Assembly (NCBI RefSeq): GCF_009914755.1
Contig: NC_060941.1
Strand: one strand, 5' to 3'
Source: the human T2T-CHM13v2.0 reference genome, Homo sapiens
Length of the DNA stretch: 64,000 bases
Shown: positions 50,031 through 64,000 of the stretch, piece by piece
Layout: every line of letters begins with the position of its first letter
Position numbering within the stretch: position 1 is the stretch's first letter
The notes under the pieces: model-generated
What the model was told of the DNA's origin: nothing
Seen by the model: the letters and a program-made list of their open reading frames with translations, nothing else
Database searches by the model: none
Position numbers and translations under genes: made by a program

Positions 50031-50659
50031 GGTGTGACAGTCTTTGTGTCATATGTTAATGTTCACCAGAGAGGATCCACTACAGAAGAAGCATGAAACT
50101 ACCAAGTAGACGAAAGACTTGTCCAGTTGTCATCATCCATTCTCTGCCATTAGCTACTCCAGTGCTGGCACAGTGCATGATAGAGTACCCATGGAAGCAG
50201 GCATGGAGGCTGTGCATGGGTGGATGTCCATATGCTCCCATTCTCCAAGGCTGATCTAACTATTGATGCTTTGAACACCCAACCTACTAGCAAGAGAACA
50301 ATGCCAAATGCCTGGTGCAGTATAATCACTGGAGGAGCCCATCAAGCTCGGTAGCAAGTTAATTACATAGGCCACTTTCCACTCTGGAAGGATCAGAGAT
50401 GGATCTTGACTGGAAAAGACACATGTTTGGGATTCAAGTTTATCTGTCCTATTTGCAAAATCTTGGAGAGCAGAACTCTCTAAGAGTTCCAACCCAGGGT
50501 TCCAGGTAGCATTCCTGTTATCTGGAGGGTTTCAAAAGTCCAGGAATGGAGATTCCTAAACAAGAGAAAGACCATGATTTGAGTTCCAGTTCTGCTACAT
50601 GCTCCTCATATGTTCTCAAATGAATGATTTAACCACTGCCCCACCTCTGTTTTCTTCCC

Positions 50660-52315
<1,656 letters not shown>

Positions 52316-52685
52316 GGAGACCCCCATTTTCTAAACTGTAAATGAAGAGAGAAATATTGTCCATGCTGCCTAATCTCACAGGTGTCTTAGGAAGATCAAA
52401 TGGGATTCTGAAATCAAGCAGTTATGTTTCAGAGAGTAACAGAGTTGTAAAACCATTGTTTTGCCACCATTACAGTAAAGACAGACCAGGCAATAATCAT
52501 CTATGGATGGGAAACATTAGTGAGGTAGGAGGAAATTTTGTTGCAGAGCAGAATGTTTTCATGGGCTTAAAGTGTTTCTCCACAGACAGCTTATTAGTTA
52601 CAGGGAGGGAAACAGTGATTAAATAACCTAGAAATCAGAGAAAACCTTGGTTGGTTGATCAAAATTGATATTAACAGTATGAGAC

Positions 52686-53420
<735 letters not shown>

Positions 53421-53968
53421 AGCTACAGACAGAAATTCTGTGCCTCCAAGTGTGAAACCTGAACAGGATACAAGGTTACCTGGTATTTAAACCAAGAGAG
53501 AATAACCTGAATCTAATCTTGACAAAACATTAGGTAACTGTGGAATGTGCTTTTAAAATACGGGGAGAAAAAGCAAGACTCTGTCTCAAAAAAAAAAGGG
53601 GGAGAATGAGGAAACTGTATACTAACAAAATGCAAGTATCAGACAGTAAATGGAAAAACTGAAAATATTCCAGACAAAAGGAGGCAAAGATACTTTGTAA
53701 TTAAATGTCATAACTGCCTATAGGCTAGATCCTATAATTGAGGGGGTTAAAAAGGACATTTTGAGTCATTTGGAAAATTACAAAAGGGCAGTAGGATAGT
53801 TGAAAGTATCGTATCAAGATTAAAGTTATAGATGTTGATAACAGTACTGTGGTTATGTAAGAGAATATTTCAATTCTTAGGAAAACCGCTCAGATGTTAT
53901 TATGTATTTAGGGGTAAACGGCCATAACATATGTAACTCAAATAATTCAGGGGAAAATATTATATGTG

Positions 53969-54001
<33 letters not shown>

Positions 54002-54899
54002 ATCACCTGAGAAAGGAGAGAGGAAGAGAGAGCAAGAACACAAGCGAGTGACAGCGCACAAACTATTAAGTGGCCACAAAAATGGAGAAAATATTAAAAA
54101 TATGTGAATCTAGGTATGGAGTATATTGATGTTCTTTGTACTATTCTGATTCTTGCAAAGTCTACAGTGCATAATATCTTCATAATGCGTTCTTAGGTGC
54201 CTTAATTTTTTCGCTCTTTAAATTTTCCTGGGAAATAATTTCAATCTTATATTCAAAAAGGAAAAGTTAAGGAATGAAAACAGACCAGGCGTGGTGGCTC
54301 ACGCCTGTAATCCTAACACTTTGGGAGGCTGAGGTGGGCAGATCACAAGATCAAGAGATCAAGACCATCCTGGCCAACATGGTGAAACCCCATCTCTACC
54401 AAAAATACAAAAATTAGCTGGGCGTGGTGGCACATGCCTGTAGTCCCAGCTAATTGGATGCTGAGGCAGGAAAATTGCTTGAACCCGGGAGGCGGAGGTT
54501 GCACGAGCCGAGATCGTGCCACTGCACTCCAGCCTAGCGACAGAGAGAGACTGTCTCAAAAAAAATAATAATAAAAATAAAGGAATGAAAACAAAAATAA
54601 ACACTTAAAGATACATTAACAAGATACTGTATATGCAAATATTTTATTAAGGAAATTAGACAATTTTGAAAAACATTAAACATTCCTTAAGTAATGGACA
54701 GCAGAGCCTATATGGGAAAAATTTTGATGAGACCCTTAGTTCATAAAAACAACACAAAGGTGTGATAACGAAAATCCTCTCATGCTCACACAAAGGCTGT
54801 GAATAGAAGGTTTTAGGGTAGGACAGGGCAATGTTTCTCCAGTAAGAAGGATGTCATTCAGTCCCTTCACTCTGTAGTTCTTGTCTTCAGGGACTAGGT

Positions 54900-55265
54900 A
54901 CGCTGTGAACTGAATACGTGTGTCCCTCTAAGTTCATATGTTGAAATCCTAAACCCCAATGTGATGATGTTAGAGAGGTGATTAGGTCTTGGGGAGGTGA
55001 CAACCTTATGAATGGGATTAATGTTCTTATAGGAAGGGACAGGGGAGCCTTCTCTTTCTTTTTCCCTCCCTTCCTCTCTGCCATTGAAGATACAAGGAGA
55101 AAATGGCTGCCTGCAAATCAGGAAGAATATACTTACCTGACACCTGATCTGCTGGCACTTTGATCTTGGACTTCTCAGCCTCCAGATTGTGAGAAGTAAA
55201 TGTTAATTGTCTAAGCTAGCCCGTCTTTGGTAATTTCCTAAAGCAGCCGGAGCTGGCTAGGACAA
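54900..55265 (+). mobile_element. MST-type MaLR LTR (Alus nearby at 54283-54575 and 55783-56080)
   Basis: TTCATATGTTGAAATCCTAAACCCCAATGTG ... TTGATCTTGGACTTCTCAGCCTCCAGA. Confidence 0.75.
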
Positions 55266-56559
55266 TGTGCATGTACTCCAGGGGGGACTTCATATGATAA
55301 AATTGGATGGAGGCCCAAGAAGGGACAGATGTAGCCTTAGCCTAGCTCTTGAGAGCACCAGGGCTCAAGGCTACCTTCCAGAAGAAAAGCGAGATAACTG
55401 AGAGGTGAGGATACATGGGCTCAAAATATTCTCTAGCCTGTGCTGAGGTGTGAGGTCCCCAAAGTCATGAGACTGATTCAATAAATGCATTTTCTTCTAT
55501 GTTATAGGTTGAGGGCATTAGTCTTGTTTATAGATGAGGAAATGGAGGCTCAGAGAGATGTCGTGACTTAGCCAAAGTCAGTGAGTAGAGGCAGAGTCAG
55601 GACCTGAACTCTGGGGGTCTACCGCCAAGGTAACCCTGTTTTTATGTTTTAGTTACTCATACTTGAAGCAAACATGGTGGTCTTGGAACCTGTTTCTCAG
55701 CTGGAACCTGTTTCTCAGCTGGCAATAATTTCTTCAGTTGGAAACGGAGGTAAATTAATAGAACTAATTAAAAGAAGGGTCCTGCCGGGCACAGTGGCTC
55801 ACGCCTGTAATCCCAGCATTTTGGGAGGCCAAGGAAGGTGGATCACCTGAGGTCAGCAGTTCGAGACCAGCCTGGCCAACATGGTGAAACCCCGTTTCTA
55901 CTAAAAATACAAAAATAAGCCGGGCGTGGCGGCGGGCGCCTGTAATCCCAGCTACTCGGGAGATGAGGCAGGAGAATCGCTTGAACCCGGGAAGCGGAGG
56001 TTGCGGTGAGCCGTGATCGCACCCATTGTACTCCAGCTGGGCAAAAAGAGAGAAACACTGTCTAAAAAAAAAAAAAAAAAAGGTCAGTGGAAATGCTAGA
56101 TGCTTAGCATATTTTAAAATTCAAAGGGGCTCTGGAAAATTCCCGCTGTAACGGTGAAAAATGTAGAATGCAACCGGAAGCTGGTGTAGAAGCGGGGGTT
56201 CTCCAGTCCCCAGCAGAGGCAGGGCCTCACTTGTCCCATCTCAAGTCCTGTTCCTTCCCTGTGGCCTCCTAGGCTTCGCCTCCTGCCCTCCACTGCGGGA
56301 GTTAGAAGAAGGAAAGAAAGAATAAAGATTAAAGTGTAGATAAACGAAACAGACAATTGAAAAACAGTAGACAGATTTCATAAAATCAAAAGTTCTTTTT
56401 TTGAAAAGATAAAATTGACAAACATTTACCTAGACTGACCAAGAAAAAGAGGGAAGTTTCAAAATAACGAAATTAGAGTTGAGAGTGGGAACATTACTAT
56501 AGGTGTTACAGAAAGAAAAGAGATCATAATAGAATACTGCGAACAATGTACGCCAGCAA

Positions 56560-57060
56560 ATCAGCCCACATGAAAGGGACAGCGTCAATTTCAGAGAATT
56601 GGCGCCGGGAGGGGCACGGGATCACCGTGCACAGTGAGTGCTGTACAAAGTGCCTGTGCAGCTCCCCGAAGCCGCAGGAGGGCGCCCGACTAAGCCTTTT
56701 CTGCCCTGCGTGAGGCGCATGCGTGTTCCGTCTGCAGCTGCAGACGCCCATCCTGGGAGTGGACACCAGCTTCGTTCCCTCTCAGCCCACTCGGGAAGCG
56801 CCACACGGCTTCGGCTTCGGACGATCCAGGGCCGCGTCCTCTGTGAGGAAACAGCTGTGACGGCTGAGGAGGGAGGGACCAGCTCTAACTGATTGCTTAA
56901 GTTGTTACAGATGGTACAGAGCCAGTGGCTGAGTTTTGTAAATCAGGTGTGTTCATTGAGCGAACTTTCCACTTCGGAATATTCAGCATCTGAGGAGGTT
57001 CAGTTTGATTTTGTCTATCGCTGGCGGGGCGCGGGCTGACGCCTGGGACCCCTGCACCTG
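56560..57060 (+). promoter_or_regulatory. Small CpG island, promoter-like unit A
   Basis: CpG-rich; NRF1 motif GCGCATGCG (about 56715-56723); inverted homolog at 61.6-61.8 kb. Confidence 0.65.
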
Positions 57061-57304
57061 GGGAAGCCGAGGAAGATCGCTTGAGCCCAGGAGTTCCAGA
57101 CAAGCCTGGGCAACACAGCGAGACCCCGTCTCTACAAAAAAGAAAGAAAAATGTGTCTATCTCCAACCCAATGGTGAAATTAGGATGTCTGTAATCTCCT
57201 CGTAACATCCCGGATTATACATTATTACTTTTTTTACATTTCTTTTTTGTTCATTTTCAAAATTGGAAAATACATTCACTTGTCTTGTAAAAGTTTGTCG
57301 TTAA

Positions 57305-57760
<456 letters not shown>

Positions 57761-58421
57761 TGAGCCACCACGCCCGGCGAGTTGCATAGAAATTTCTAAT
57801 CTATTTGCACGACAATGCTTTTGATTTTGGCCTAGTGTATCTCCTCATTCAATATGATATACATTGTATTATATATACATTAAAAAATATAAATATAAAT
57901 GTATTACTTATATATGGGTATATGATCAGTGTTGTTAGTTTGGGCTGGAAGTGGTCCAACTGCAGTTGCTCTGCCTGTCAGTGCCACACAGATGGGAAAA
58001 TCCCAGCTCATAATTCCTGAGCACTCTCTACCCTGTATGTCCCTGCCACAATCAAGTGAGTCCCTTCTGCCTCTATAGACACTAAAACATCCCCATAGAA
58101 TCCCAGAGGGCAAGAGTCAGAGAGCGGACATGCACACTGTCCAAGCATCTCTTTGCCTGACTTCTGAAGAACACGTGTGGACAGACTCCAATTAGTACAA
58201 ACACAGAAAATCACAGCTGACACTACAGCCGTCTTCTGGCGTTATGAGAGTGAACTGAAGCAGAGATTCCAGGGCAGCATGCCACTTATTTGGAAGAGGA
58301 AGTTGTGCAAGTAAGTGCACTTTTCCATGGAGTTTGACATGGGGCAAAAAAGGGCAGACAGTTTCAGGGTACTCAGTGGAGGAAGTGGTTTATGTAGAAA
58401 AGTGGAAATCAAACAACTCCA

Positions 58422-58625
58422 TGTTTCCACAGCTGAGATGTCAGAGAAGCCTAGGAAAAGGCAAATTCCCCAAAAGAGGTCACGTTTCAATTGTGTTTTA
58501 GTCCCAAGAAAATGACTTAAAATTGTTTCCACAGCTGAGATGTCAGAGAAGCCTAGGAAAAGGCAAATTCCCCAAAAGAGGTCACGTTTCAATTGTGTTT
58601 TAGTCCCAAGAAAATGACTTAAAAT
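58422..58625. repeat. Perfect tandem duplication, 2 x 102 bp
   Basis: 58422-58523 is identical to 58524-58625 (TGTTTCCACAGCTGAG...GACTTAAAAT). Confidence 0.95.
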
Positions 58626-59929
58626 ACTCATTGGATTAAAATATCTGGGTAGTGCCAGGCATGGTAGCTCATGCCTGTAATCTCAGCACTTTGGGAGGTT
58701 GAAGTGGGTGGATCACTTGAGTTCGGGAGTTTGAGACCAGCCTGGCTGATATATTGAAACCTTGTCTCTACTAAAAATACAAAAATTAGCCGGGCATGGT
58801 GGCGGGCGCCTGTAGTCCCAGCTACTTGGGAGGCTGAGGCAGAAGAATCGCTTGAACGCAGGAGGCGAGGTTTCAGTGAGCTGAGATCCCGCCACCACAC
58901 TCCAGCCTGGGTGACAAAGCAAGAGTCCATCTCAAAAACAAACAAACAAACAAAGACTAATTTGACCACGGCCTCCTTTTGAGATCATTCTTTTGCCAGA
59001 CTCCTCTGACATCTCAGGCTGACTGTCTTCAAACCTAGTCCACGAACACTCCTTGCTGGTGTCCTGTGCAAAGCCCCCCTGAAGAGTATCAGGGAACATT
59101 CTGAGACCCAGTCCCCACCCGTGTGCCCCTTTCACTATAGCTGCCTTGGAAACCTCCTGCATGTCTTCACTTGCTGCAGCAATTTCTCCCATCATTATCT
59201 TGATGGTGATGACATCTGAAAGCTCAGTCTAGATTTCATTTGAGGCACAGTCTCTGCGTGTTATAGGCACTTAAGATGTAATACATTTCAAACTGAGGCC
59301 CTCAACTTCCTCCCCAAATAAAAGTGACTTGTCCTCTAATCTCTAATCTCAGATAATGGCTCCACTAGTACCCAGTCATGAATCTGACACGGCCTCTCAA
59401 AACCACTGTCAAGCATAGCTGTGATCTCTACACGGAGCTCCACAATCGCCATTCACTTCCACACCAATACCCAGACAGTATTCCCACCCCACACTCACAC
59501 TGCTCAGTGCCAGTTTAAATGTCAGTTCCTCAGATGATACAATAGTTGGCATTTAAAAAACCAAACCAAACGATAATGTTTCAATGTCCAAAACTGATGA
59601 ACACATTTTGCTTAGTTCTTTCCTAAATGTGGAAGTGGATCTGATATATAATTATTTTCTCCCTCTGCTTCCCAACATGTTCTAATACATAATTTTTAGC
59701 GATACCAGTCATAATGGGGGTCCCACAAAAGAAGTTTTTGTAAGCTGAAATTAATTGACAGCTATTTAAGACTGTCACTGTGTCATGAGGAATTGTTGGA
59801 CATGTTCAAATGAAAATGAGATAAGCTAAGAAGTATATTTTTAAAATGTTATTGATATGTTTGCTTTCATTAAAGCCAGGAAGGCAAATGTATTAAAACT
59901 TTCCTTTGGTATAAACTATTTAAAGTTAA

Positions 59930-61215
<1,286 letters not shown>

Positions 61216-61289
61216 AATACACTCACTTTACAGTTTCTTATGTTTTTAAACTACTTTCACGTTGTAGCAAAAACGAACCTTAAAGGCTT

Positions 61290-64000
<2,711 letters not shown>

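Noticed and set aside
55684-55719. 18-bp perfect tandem repeat TGGAACCTGTTTCTCAGC x2 (similar short repeat at about 49380-49412)
   Set aside because: Ordinary slippage micro-duplication; no spacers or cas genes, so not CRISPR-like.
56310-56570. L1 ORF2 piece similar to 62880-63240, possibly part of the inverted duplication
   Set aside because: Both pieces are on the + strand, which does not fit an inversion; the similarity is explained by shared L1 ancestry.
58242-58631. 129-aa minus-strand ORF with an internal 34-aa repeat
   Set aside because: Its length comes from the 102-bp duplication; it has a non-ATG start and no recognisable domain.

Overview
Primate, almost certainly human, genomic DNA, rich in Alu, L1 and LTR repeats. 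It holds one protein-coding gene, on the minus strand: ZNF287, a SCAN-KRAB protein with 14 C2H2 zinc fingers (17p11.2, recognised from memory). I assembled five coding exons by hand (40018-39616, 38909-38812, 36112-35986, 35519-35433, 25709-24139). They total 2286 nt (761 aa plus stop), all with GT-AG junctions, and are driven from a CpG island at about 40.9-41.8 kb. The most interesting structures lie outside the gene. (1) A 7.1-kb class I ERV at 11.8-18.9 kb is not a provirus but an L1-made retrocopy of the viral RNA: R-U5...U3-R-polyA, a 16-bp TSD and a tRNA-Gly PBS. It carries a decayed two-TM micro-ORF whose stop overlaps the putative env ATG. (2) An ancient inverted duplication of a CpG promoter plus a downstream exon-like block spans 56.6-61.8 kb, and its promoter also resembles the ZNF287 promoter. 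(3) A 1.3-kb TSD-flanked retro-insertion of an Alu plus unique sequence lies at 59.9-61.2 kb. (4) Smaller items include a perfect 102-bp tandem duplication, a double hairpin at 10.3 kb and an orphan CpG island at 8 kb. Repeat family names come from memory of consensus sequences, and repeat boundaries are approximate. No database search was possible.
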